Source: Candidatus Zhuqueibacterota bacterium (GTDB lineage: Bacteria > Zhuqueibacterota > Zhuqueibacteria > Thermofontimicrobiales > Thermofontimicrobiaceae). From it: DNA of 64,000 bases. Shown piece after piece: positions 29,854 to 38,113 of the stretch (positions are counted from its first letter, which is position 1; every line of letters starts with the position of its first letter). The position numbers and the translations under genes are program-made. The notes beneath the pieces were generated by a model. The model saw only the letters and a list, made by a program, of their open reading frames with translations. It ran no database searches and was not told the DNA's origin. The stretch covers positions 1-64,000 of the forward strand of contig JBMOPW010000004.1 of the NCBI GenBank assembly GCA_049322915.1. Reading direction: 5' to 3'.

Positions 29854-31449
29854 ATGCGTATGATAAAGAAATCCTGGCTTCTGTGGACTGTATTAATGAT
29901 CGTCACGATCGTAGGGGTGGTCAATCTATCCCAGCGTTTTCTATTTTCAGCCGATAATTCGTTCGATCAAATTAAGCGGTTCATGAATGTATTCAAGATC
30001 GTTGAGACGTATTATGTAGAAGAAGTTGACACTGAAAAGCTGATTACCGGAGCGATACAGGGGATGCTTGAAGAATTGGATCCGCATTCAGTTTATATCG
30101 AGCCGAAAAAATTGAAAGAGATCACTGAACAGTTTCAGGGAAGCTATGAAGGAATCGGGATTGAATTTATCATACAAAATAAAGTCCTCACGGTGGTGGC
30201 TCCCATCGCCGGCTCTCCATCTGAAGCGTTAGGCTTGCTGCCTGGCGATCAAATTATCAAGATCGAAGGTAAGAGCGCGTATGGCATTAAAGAAGAAGAT
30301 GTGCAGAAAAATCTGAAGGGGCCCAAAGGCACCAAGGTGACGGTTACCATCCGGCGGCCGGGTTTCGATCAGCCATTCGACATCACCATTGTCCGCGACA
30401 GGATTCCGATTTACAGCGTCATGGCGAAGTTCCTCATCGACGATCACATCGGGTATATTTACGTGGGCCGATTTGCCCAGACAACTTCCGATGAGGTGGA
30501 GAAAGCGCTGAAAGAACTGGAAGTCCAGGGGATGAAATCATTGCTGTTGGACCTGCGTGGAAATACCGGCGGCTACCTGGATCAGGCTTTCAAAATTGCT
30601 GATAAATTCATCGGTGGCAGAAAGATGATTGTCTTCACCAAAGGCCGAATCCCTGAGTCCAATGAGGAGTTTCTATCGACCAGCATTGCTACGAATCCGA
30701 AATTGCCGCTCATCATTTTGATTGATAAAGGTTCGGCAAGCGCGTCGGAAATTGTTGCCGGGGCCATTCAGGACTGGGATCGCGGACTTGTCGTCGGCGA
30801 GACGAGCTTTGGCAAAGGATTGGTTCAGACGCAATTACCGCTGCAGGATGGCTCGGCCCTGAGAATAACCACGGCTCGTTACTACACACCGAGCGGGCGA
30901 CTCATTCAACGTTCCTATGAAAATGGACTGTGGGAATACTATGCCGGCGAAGATGAATCCGATGGCGAGACCTTTGCGTCGGCGGATAGTTTGAAGGAGA
31001 AGCCGGTCTTTTTCACCAGCGCTGGCCGAAAGGTCTATGGCGGCGGTGGAATCAACCCTGATGTAGAAGTGAAATCGAAGCGCATCAGCAAGCTCACCAG
31101 CGAGTTGATTTTTAAGCGGTTATTTTTCGAGTTTGGCTCGAAATACGCTGGCAAGCATCCTGAACTCAAAAATAAATTTGACTATTTCCAGAGACAGTTT
31201 GATATCGATGCAGCCACTCTGGAGGAGTTTAAAGCCTTCATTAAATCGAAAGAGATCCTGTTCAAAGGTGATGAATTTCAGAGCGATTTGCCCTACTTGA
31301 AATTGATGATAAAAAGTGAAATCGCCCGGAATTTGTGGGGTTCGCCGGCATATTACCAAACGCGACTCTCCGGAGATGAACAGGTGCAGGAAGCCTTGAA
31401 ATATATTACCCGTGCCGCTGAACTGTCCCAGTTGCCCGGAAAAAAATAA
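29854..31449 (+). CDS. S41 carboxyl-terminal processing protease
   Basis: LDPHS, PDZ domain GIGIE, DLRGNTGG, SASASE, FGKG, TARYYTPSG. Confidence 0.95.
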   Translation: MRMIKKSWLLWTVLMIVTIVGVVNLSQRFLFSADNSFDQIKRFMNVFKIVETYYVEEVDTEKLITGAIQGMLEELDPHSVYIEPKKLKEITEQFQGSYEGIGIEFIIQNKVLTVVAPIAGSPSEALGLLPGDQIIKIEGKSAYGIKEEDVQKNLKGPKGTKVTVTIRRPGFDQPFDITIVRDRIPIYSVMAKFLIDDHIGYIYVGRFAQTTSDEVEKALKELEVQGMKSLLLDLRGNTGGYLDQAFKIADKFIGGRKMIVFTKGRIPESNEEFLSTSIATNPKLPLIILIDKGSASASEIVAGAIQDWDRGLVVGETSFGKGLVQTQLPLQDGSALRITTARYYTPSGRLIQRSYENGLWEYYAGEDESDGETFASADSLKEKPVFFTSAGRKVYGGGGINPDVEVKSKRISKLTSELIFKRLFFEFGSKYAGKHPELKNKFDYFQRQFDIDAATLEEFKAFIKSKEILFKGDEFQSDLPYLKLMIKSEIARNLWGSPAYYQTRLSGDEQVQEALKYITRAAELSQLPGKK

Positions 31450-31617
31450 AGGATTGACAATCGCTTTTACTAGCCCAAAGTGAGGAAGATGTCAGAGCAA
31501 CCTGACGAGTCTGGGGGAGAAAGCAGTGTTGTTTAAGTAACCGGTTATTTCTCATGTTCAAATACTTAATTAACTTAAATCTTCTTAGCACTTACCAATG
31601 ATGGAGGGGTTTAGCTG

Positions 31618-32232
31618 ATGATCGAATTGTTTGTAAAAGGCGGCGGAATGATGTGGCTAATTTTGGGTTGTTTAATTCTAGGGCTGGCAATTAGCTTCGA
31701 GAGGCTGTATAGTTTAGTGCGCGCTTCGGTGAACACAAAAAAGTTCATGGAAAAAGTTCAAACTGCGTTGAAAGAAGGTGGCGTTGAAGCAGCAAAAGAA
31801 GTCTGCGAGAATACACGGGGCCCGGTGGCGTCCATTTATCATGCCGGCCTAGCTCGATTTCATTACGGCATCGATCATGTGGAAAAAGCGATCATGAACG
31901 CCGGCTCAATTGAAATGGCCTTCCTGGAACGCGGGTTAGTCTGGTTGGCGACAGTCGTGTCCATTGCGCCGATGTTGGGATTCCTGGGCACAGTCTGGGG
32001 CATGATCATCGCATTCGATGATATTGCCAAAGCCAATGACATTTCCCCGATGATCGTCGCCAATGGCATCTCGATTGCCTTGATAACCACGCTGTTTGGG
32101 CTGATTGTCGCTATCATCATTCAGTTTTTTCACAACCTGTTTGTCTCGATGATCGATAGATTGATCATCGAAATGGAAGAAAGCTCTGTTGACCTGGTGG
32201 ATAATTTAATTGAAATTGAAAAGTCAAAGTAA
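31618..32232 (+). CDS. exbB: MotA/TolQ/ExbB proton channel
   Basis: APMLGFLGTVWGMI, ALITTLFGL. Confidence 0.9.
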   Translation: MIELFVKGGGMMWLILGCLILGLAISFERLYSLVRASVNTKKFMEKVQTALKEGGVEAAKEVCENTRGPVASIYHAGLARFHYGIDHVEKAIMNAGSIEMAFLERGLVWLATVVSIAPMLGFLGTVWGMIIAFDDIAKANDISPMIVANGISIALITTLFGLIVAIIIQFFHNLFVSMIDRLIIEMEESSVDLVDNLIEIEKSK

Positions 32233-32258
32233 ACAACACAGAGCACGGGGAGAAAGTT

Positions 32259-32660
32259 ATGTTCGCTGATAGGAAAAAATCACGACCGTCCGAAATCCCA
32301 ACAGCCTCGTTGGCAGACATTGCGTTTCTCATCCTGATATTTTTTCTGGTGACGACGACCATCGATGTGGACAAAGGGATCAGCCTGGCCCTGCCGCCTC
32401 GGGGAGAGCATAAGGAAGTGCCCAGGAAAAATATATCGAGGCTTTTGATGGATGAGTCCGGGCGCGTGATGATCGATGACGAACTGGTCGAAATTCCGAT
32501 GATCAAAAGTGACATTCAGACAAAGCTGCAGAAAAATCCGAATCTCATCATCTCGGTGAAGACAGCCCAGGATACGGAGTATCGCTATTTCGTACAGGTG
32601 TTGGATCAGTTGAAACAGGCCAAAGCGACGCGGATTTCCATCGCTGAGCCGGAGCAGTGA
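32259..32660 (+). CDS. exbD: ExbD/TolR family protein
   Basis: ASLADIAFLILIFFLVTT with conserved Asp. Confidence 0.9.
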   Translation: MFADRKKSRPSEIPTASLADIAFLILIFFLVTTTIDVDKGISLALPPRGEHKEVPRKNISRLLMDESGRVMIDDELVEIPMIKSDIQTKLQKNPNLIISVKTAQDTEYRYFVQVLDQLKQAKATRISIAEPEQ

Positions 32661-32715
32661 TTCGCATGGATTCTCGGAAGACACGAAATATTACAGCAAA
32701 GGGGAGAATGAAGCG

Positions 32716-33138
32716 TTGAGGTTCTACAAGAAAACAAGAGTTGAAGGGAGCATTCCTACTGCGTCGCTGCCGGACATTGTATTTATGCTTCTCATCTTTT
32801 TTATGGTGACCACGCAGTTCAAGGAATTTCGGGGAATTCCAGTTCGGTTGCCTTCGGCGCAGCAGATCGAGAAGTTACCTGGCAAACGAAATGTGGCGTA
32901 CATTTGGGCTGACGACCGCGGTCGCGTTTCAATTGATGATAAATTTGTCGATACCAGTGTGATTGCAAAAATCATGACTGATAAATGCAATGACCCATTG
33001 CATCCGTTGCGGGTTGTCTCCATGAAAATCGATCAAAATGTGAAAATGGGACTGGTGACCAAAATCCATGAGGAGTTGAGAAACGCAGGCGGCGGCGCGC
33101 TAAATCTCAATTATTCAACGAAAACGCTGGGTAAGTGA
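32716..33138 (+). CDS. exbD: Second ExbD/TolR family protein
   Basis: TTG start; ASLPDIVFMLLIFFMVTT. Confidence 0.88.
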   Translation: MRFYKKTRVEGSIPTASLPDIVFMLLIFFMVTTQFKEFRGIPVRLPSAQQIEKLPGKRNVAYIWADDRGRVSIDDKFVDTSVIAKIMTDKCNDPLHPLRVVSMKIDQNVKMGLVTKIHEELRNAGGGALNLNYSTKTLGK

Positions 33139-33223
33139 GTGCGCCCGGGCTGGATTTCTAAAACGGATAATCGAGTTGTTGGTCTTTTCACAAGTTGCTT
33201 TTCGCCAATCGGAAGGAGAAAAA

Positions 33224-33409
33224 ATGACGCACAAAACGCGATATACCATTGGATTGGTGATTGGGATTCTCGGCATTGTGTTCCTGCTTCTCAATGCTGC
33301 TGACTACGTGATGAGATGGAACCAGATAAGCTCTGGAATTTCAGGGATCGGAATTGCATTAACTGTCATCGGCGCAGGTCTCATGGTGCGCACAAAGGGT
33401 AACAGATAG
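33224..33409 (+). CDS. Small two-TM hypothetical protein
   Basis: AAGGAG RBS, ATG 33224, two hydrophobic helices. Confidence 0.6.
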   Translation: MTHKTRYTIGLVIGILGIVFLLLNAADYVMRWNQISSGISGIGIALTVIGAGLMVRTKGNR

Positions 33410-33747
33410 ATACAGTCGTTCGGCAATTGGTGAATCATCGGGTAAGCTTCTGACTCGCGATGAGTTGAGTGCTTCACGACAGATACCATTGCGGTGGATG
33501 CGGGCCATGTGTCGTTTCTGGTCGTGGATGGGCCGCTTGGATTAAGCATTCAGATCGTCGTTGGTTAGCGGCGAGGTTCGGTCAATTCATGCCGCAGCAG
33601 GCCGACTGAATTCAGCGTGCTCTTCCGGCAGGTTTCATTGCATCAATAACTATCCGGCGATGAATGCAATAAAAACAGGCCGTGAAATACTGGTCTATCT
33701 GAGCGGTTCAGTAACTTTGGAATAATTTTTCTTGAATAAAAAAATTG

Positions 33748-33788
33748 AAAGCGGTATATTGGCAGTGGCCGGTATACCGCTTTTTATT
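33748..33788 (+). terminator. Intrinsic terminator-like hairpin overlapping the -10 of a TTGAAT-17-TATATT promoter
   Basis: AAAGCGGTATA..TATACCGCTTT followed by a T tract; promoter elements at 33732-33760. Confidence 0.6.
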
Positions 33789-33805
33789 GGATGTCGCGAG
33801 GGTGA

Positions 33806-34327
33806 ATGAAGTCAACAACTGTAAAAAATTTTGTGAATGTCGCCGTGTTCGCTTTGGCGCTGAGTTGCTTCAATCCCTTTGCTCCAAAACTTGAGGACGC
33901 CGGCGAGACCGATTTGATCATCACCGAACAGAGAAGTCCGGATGAGGTGCTGCAAAATTTTAAATACTCTTATGTATTCAAAGACTCGGTTTTATACAGC
34001 AATATTCTGGACAGTTCCTTTGTTTTCATCTATTTCGACCCGACCATCGAATCGTCCGGCCGGTTTGTGAGCTGGGGCCGGGATGTTGATCTGAAAACGA
34101 CCGGTCGTCTGTTCCGAAATTTTGATGTCATTGACTTGATCTGGAATAGCACCATTTACCAGTTCGATGAAGAAGATCGGTCGGAAGTATCGAAAAGCTT
34201 CAATCTTTCACTGATTAAAAATGACGAGACGCTGAATATTACCGGGAACGCAATATTCATTTTCAGGAAAAGCGCCTATGATAACAAGTGGCGAATTGTC
34301 CAGTGGAAGGATGAATCGGATTTATAA
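33806..34327 (+). CDS. Hypothetical lipoprotein (possibly NTF2-like)
   Basis: Lipobox ALSC-FNPFAP; C-terminal WRIVQWKDES. Confidence 0.7.
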   Translation: MKSTTVKNFVNVAVFALALSCFNPFAPKLEDAGETDLIITEQRSPDEVLQNFKYSYVFKDSVLYSNILDSSFVFIYFDPTIESSGRFVSWGRDVDLKTTGRLFRNFDVIDLIWNSTIYQFDEEDRSEVSKSFNLSLIKNDETLNITGNAIFIFRKSAYDNKWRIVQWKDESDL

Positions 34328-34350
34328 ATTGTTGAAAAATTCAGCAGTGT

Positions 34351-34390
34351 AAAAAAAAAGCAAAGAGCCAAATGACTCTTTGCTTTTTTT
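34351..34390. terminator. Bidirectional intrinsic terminator
   Basis: A9-GCAAAGAG-ccaaatga-CTCTTTGC-T7 between convergent operons. Confidence 0.85.
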
Positions 34391-34494
34391 ATTTTCTTTC
34401 ATGAACCCATGCCAGAGAGGGCGAATCGAAAATCATCGGATTGAATTCGGCCTCATGCTTGTACGATTGGAACGCGGGCAGCGGCGTCGATATG

Positions 34495-35865
34495 TCAGCT
34501 TAGCTTTGTGAATACGAATGGGAAGACCATCGTCACATTGCCGGATGAAATTGGCTCGAACTTAAGTCGCTGAACGAGACTGAGAATATCCCGTTCCAGT
34601 TGAGGATGGTCAATGGTCGATTCAAGAATTTTTGCGCTGGTCACAAATCCGTTCGCTGCAATGGTGAACTCGACGGAAATTTTACCGCGTAAATTGGGAT
34701 TTCGCTTGAGATACTTTTCGTAGAAATATGTAATTTGGCCCTGCCGCTGGAGAATGACCTCCATCACCGATTGATCAGTCCGTTGTCCCAACGCTTCAGC
34801 GCTGCCTGTCTTTTTGCTCGGCTTAACCAGGTCCACTTTCGCCTGTTTTGTGAGCGTCACCTGGGGCACGTCCTCATCCATGTCCGCAATGAAATCGTCG
34901 ATACCGCCGGAGCTGCCATCTCCACCGAGTCCGATAAGCTGATCCAGCGGATCGCCTGCATCTTTTGTGTTGCCCTTACCGACTTTCAGATTAGTCCCGC
35001 CACCCACAATGCTCTGTAAATCTGCAACCAGCCCGCGGTCGACAAGAGCGTCAACAATGGAACTGGCATTGTTCGAAGCGCCGGTGCCGCCGATGAGGCC
35101 TAACAAGCCCGATGAAGCAGCCCGATTGCCACCACTGTTTCCGCTGTTTCGCCGGCTTCGATTGCCTGAAGACGACTTGCTGTCTGAACTTTTTTGGCCA
35201 TCTTTATTCTCATCGGTGGTCTCAGTATTCGAAGATAGTGATTTCGTATCAAATTGTAAAGGTTCCGTGGGAGTGACATTGATGTATCGCGCCAGGCGTT
35301 CCGGGATTTTATCTAAATCGAGCTTTTGTTCGATGTTCACCTTATAATCTTTTAATGAATAGATGATAAGAGAATTCAGCGTTAGCAACACCAAAAAGAT
35401 CGACTTGAATACCAAATCCGATGTAAGATTTCGGACCATCGCCCGATGCCATGAAAACTCCGGCAGACTTGAAAGCTCAGCAGTGGTTTGCACGGCTACT
35501 TGTTTGAAATAGAAGTCGATTTTGACATCGTCAAAGGCAATGTAACCTTCCTTTCCCGGGGATAAGTTCAGCAATCGCGTGTTCCCCTTGCGAGGCAGGA
35601 TATCGTGCTTCAGCAAATCGTGGATCTGCAGCGTGGAATCCTGCATCGAAATTTTGCCATCAATGAACGGCTGAACATTCAGAACATAGGACCCGTTCAT
35701 CTGTTCGATCAGGGTATACCGCCGGGGATAATGCTGGCCGTACAGGGTGAGGTCATTGTCTCCTCGCTGGCCAATGGTGAATTTTCCGCCGGGCGGAATA
35801 ACCACCTGGCGTCCCTGACCAGCTTGCTCAATATGTAAAATAAGTTGTTTGTATGTTTTTGTCAT
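34495..35865 (-). CDS. GltG/PglI/AgmX-like protein (FHA-like, TM, linker, TonB_C-like)
   Basis: N-terminal FTIGQRGDNDL FHA-like domain, one TM helix, low-complexity Gly/Ser linker, C-terminal YEKYLKRNPNLRGKISVEFTIAANG..FPFVF. Confidence 0.8.
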   Translation of the reverse strand: MTKTYKQLILHIEQAGQGRQVVIPPGGKFTIGQRGDNDLTLYGQHYPRRYTLIEQMNGSYVLNVQPFIDGKISMQDSTLQIHDLLKHDILPRKGNTRLLNLSPGKEGYIAFDDVKIDFYFKQVAVQTTAELSSLPEFSWHRAMVRNLTSDLVFKSIFLVLLTLNSLIIYSLKDYKVNIEQKLDLDKIPERLARYINVTPTEPLQFDTKSLSSNTETTDENKDGQKSSDSKSSSGNRSRRNSGNSGGNRAASSGLLGLIGGTGASNNASSIVDALVDRGLVADLQSIVGGGTNLKVGKGNTKDAGDPLDQLIGLGGDGSSGGIDDFIADMDEDVPQVTLTKQAKVDLVKPSKKTGSAEALGQRTDQSVMEVILQRQGQITYFYEKYLKRNPNLRGKISVEFTIAANGFVTSAKILESTIDHPQLERDILSLVQRLKFEPISSGNVTMVFPFVFTKLS

Positions 35866-35907
35866 AGAAGAATTTAATGTTTAGAAGTACCAATTCTATC
35901 GCGATTT

Positions 35908-36417
35908 TCATTCGGGTTTAATAGTTGCCAGAAGCATGTCGTTGTACCCGACTTTCCCACAGGTGTACATGATCTTTTTAATGACAAGATAGGGAAGTTC
36001 ACGGTCGCCCTGTATGGAAATTTTACCGGTGAATCCCATTTCTGTATTTATTTCGCCGACGCGTTCGCTGAGCTTTTTAATCTGCTGAAGTTCGGCCAGT
36101 AATTCGGGGATAATCAGGTCTGTTCCCTTTATAACTTTATCGACAGTGGTTACTTTTCTCCCATCGAACATAAGAGACTCCTCGGTGATAGCAATGATGG
36201 ATGTCGTTATTGGAAGTTTTTGCGCTGTTGACTCAGGCAAGTTTAAATCCGGAGCAACAGACATGATCTGCCCTTCCACCGAAAAGTTTTTTAAAAGAAA
36301 CACTAACAGAATCGTGAACATGTCGATCATGGAAGTCAGCTTCAAAGCAACTTCCCGGCGTTTCTTTTTCCTTGTAATGGGTTTGAATGATGTATTCAAT
36401 GATGTTAGATTTGCCAT
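35908..36417 (-). CDS. ExbD family, AglS-like
   Basis: LTSMIDMFTILLVFLLKNFS; IQGDRELPYLVIKKIMYTC. Confidence 0.85.
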   Translation of the reverse strand: MANLTSLNTSFKPITRKKKRREVALKLTSMIDMFTILLVFLLKNFSVEGQIMSVAPDLNLPESTAQKLPITTSIIAITEESLMFDGRKVTTVDKVIKGTDLIIPELLAELQQIKKLSERVGEINTEMGFTGKISIQGDRELPYLVIKKIMYTCGKVGYNDMLLATIKPE

Positions 36418-36451
36418 AATTTACTCTTGACATAGATGTGATTGAATTAAA

Positions 36452-36922
36452 CTAACCGGAAAGTGAAACGTTTAAGAATCCAGTTTCCCGGCATTGATCC
36501 ATAACCTTGATTACAACGTCATACTTAACCTTTGCATCTGGCGCGACAATAATGTCTTCAGCAAATGGGAATTGGCTTTTCAAATTCTTTAATTGTTCAG
36601 CCAATTTGCTGTAAATATACTCTGTTCCATTTTTGGCAATCGGATCGAACTTGATGTTCGTATCTTTGATCGCCTTGAGCTGAAAACCATCTTCTTTTAT
36701 CGCGAGTACAACCAGAATCAAGTTTTGCTTCGGCGTTTGGGTTATATCACCTCCCCCTTTGCTCAATGAAGGCAGGGAAAGTTCCACAACAGCAATCTGG
36801 ACAAAGGCTGCTGTCAGCAACAAAAACGGGATCAGAAGCAAAAAGATGTTCATGACAGCAATGATATTGACGTCGTCATCGCCTGCGGATCGGTCTCTTC
36901 CTAATGATTGCTTCAGATTCAT
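36452..36922 (-). CDS. ExbD family, AglQ/AglV-like (Asn at the conserved Asp)
   Basis: VNIIAVMNIFLLLIPFLLLTAAF; PDAKVKYDVVIKVMDQCR. Confidence 0.82.
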   Translation of the reverse strand: MNLKQSLGRDRSAGDDDVNIIAVMNIFLLLIPFLLLTAAFVQIAVVELSLPSLSKGGGDITQTPKQNLILVVLAIKEDGFQLKAIKDTNIKFDPIAKNGTEYIYSKLAEQLKNLKSQFPFAEDIIVAPDAKVKYDVVIKVMDQCRETGFLNVSLSG

Positions 36923-36923
36923 G

Positions 36924-37550
36924 TCAATAACCTTTAACCATAATTAGACGTTTATAGATACGCGCGATATTCTGATTGATTTCATCGATGAGTTCATTGG
37001 TTTTTTCCTGAAAGATGGAATATCCGATCAGGCACGGAATGGCTGCGATCAGCCCGAATGCGGTGGTATTCATAGCCTGGGAAATGCCGTTGGAAAGAAG
37101 AGTTGCTTTCATGGCGGCATCAGCTTTGGCGACCGCTTCAAAGGAGGCGATCAGACCCGTGATTGTTCCCAGCAGGCCTAACAACGTGGCCACATTGGCA
37201 ATGGTGGACAGGTATTGCGTCCGCTTTTCGAGTTTGGGAATTTCAACCATGGCAGCAAGTTCAAATGCATTTTGTACATCGGCAGCAGATTTGCTCGGTT
37301 CTTCGAGTCCGGCCCGGGCAATATTAGGCAGAGCGGCTTTTGACACACTGCAAAATTCGACTGCGCTTTTTATATTATCCCGCTGGATCAAATCGAGCAC
37401 GCGATTCATGAATGCCGCAGTATCAATTCGGTTCTTTATCAAAATGAACATTGACCGTTCAATGATGATTGCAAAACCGGCGATCATGACCAAAAGAATG
37501 ACGTACATGAACGGTCCCCCGAGTCTGAAGAAAGTGACAATAGAATCCAA
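36924..37550 (-). CDS. MotA/TolQ/ExbB family, AglR-like
   Basis: AAGGAGG RBS, TTG start; ANVATLLGLLGTITGLI and ISQAMNTTAFGL. Confidence 0.88.
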   Translation of the reverse strand: MDSIVTFFRLGGPFMYVILLVMIAGFAIIIERSMFILIKNRIDTAAFMNRVLDLIQRDNIKSAVEFCSVSKAALPNIARAGLEEPSKSAADVQNAFELAAMVEIPKLEKRTQYLSTIANVATLLGLLGTITGLIASFEAVAKADAAMKATLLSNGISQAMNTTAFGLIAAIPCLIGYSIFQEKTNELIDEINQNIARIYKRLIMVKGY

Positions 37551-37708
37551 AGTGACAACCTCCTTGAATAGAATGAGATGGTGTTGATTATAAGCGAATA
37601 GTATGAATTAAAACTAGAAATTAGCTTTTTGATTGTAATGTCGATGTAAATAGTGGCAGAGGATATTCAGAAAAAATCCAGCCAGGATTACTTACCGCCC
37701 CGGAATGC

Positions 37709-38113
37709 CTACCAAAGAATGTGATCCCTATCTTTTTCCTGTTTAATCCTATCGCGACGCAGCGTGCTTTTTTCAACAGGTCTGAAAATGTGGGAGAAAA
37801 AATGCCGATTGATCAGGAGTCCATCGACGCGCGGATCAGTGCCCGGAATGATGAATACGGTTTGTGGTTTGGCGATTGAGCCATACACCTCAATACCCTT
37901 CAAAAACACTTTTACCTGGTCATTGGAAATGACAGCCTGATCCGGCTCGGTCGTCTTTTTATCCTGCATGGATTTTTCCTGCGCAGACAAGGGGGCTGCC
38001 GCAGGCTTTTCCGGTTCTTCAGCCAGGACATGAAGCGTCTGACTGATGAGTAACATCGAAAAAACAACGGCGCTGATTAATTTTTTATTGGCCTTGATGT
38101 GAGTGCTAATCAT
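37709..38113 (-). CDS. GltF/CglF-like small exported protein
   Basis: Signal peptide; IEVYGSIAKPQTVFII resembles the GltF motif; ATG overlaps the upstream TPR gene end. Confidence 0.6.
   Translation of the reverse strand: MISTHIKANKKLISAVVFSMLLISQTLHVLAEEPEKPAAAPLSAQEKSMQDKKTTEPDQAVISNDQVKVFLKGIEVYGSIAKPQTVFIIPGTDPRVDGLLINRHFFSHIFRPVEKSTLRRDRIKQEKDRDHILW

Noticed and set aside
34495..37550. Canonical Tol-Pal or TonB-ExbBD operon
   Set aside because: No tolB or pal; the FHA-like N-terminus, paired divergent ExbDs and TPR/GltF-like neighbours fit an Agl-Glt-like cluster better.
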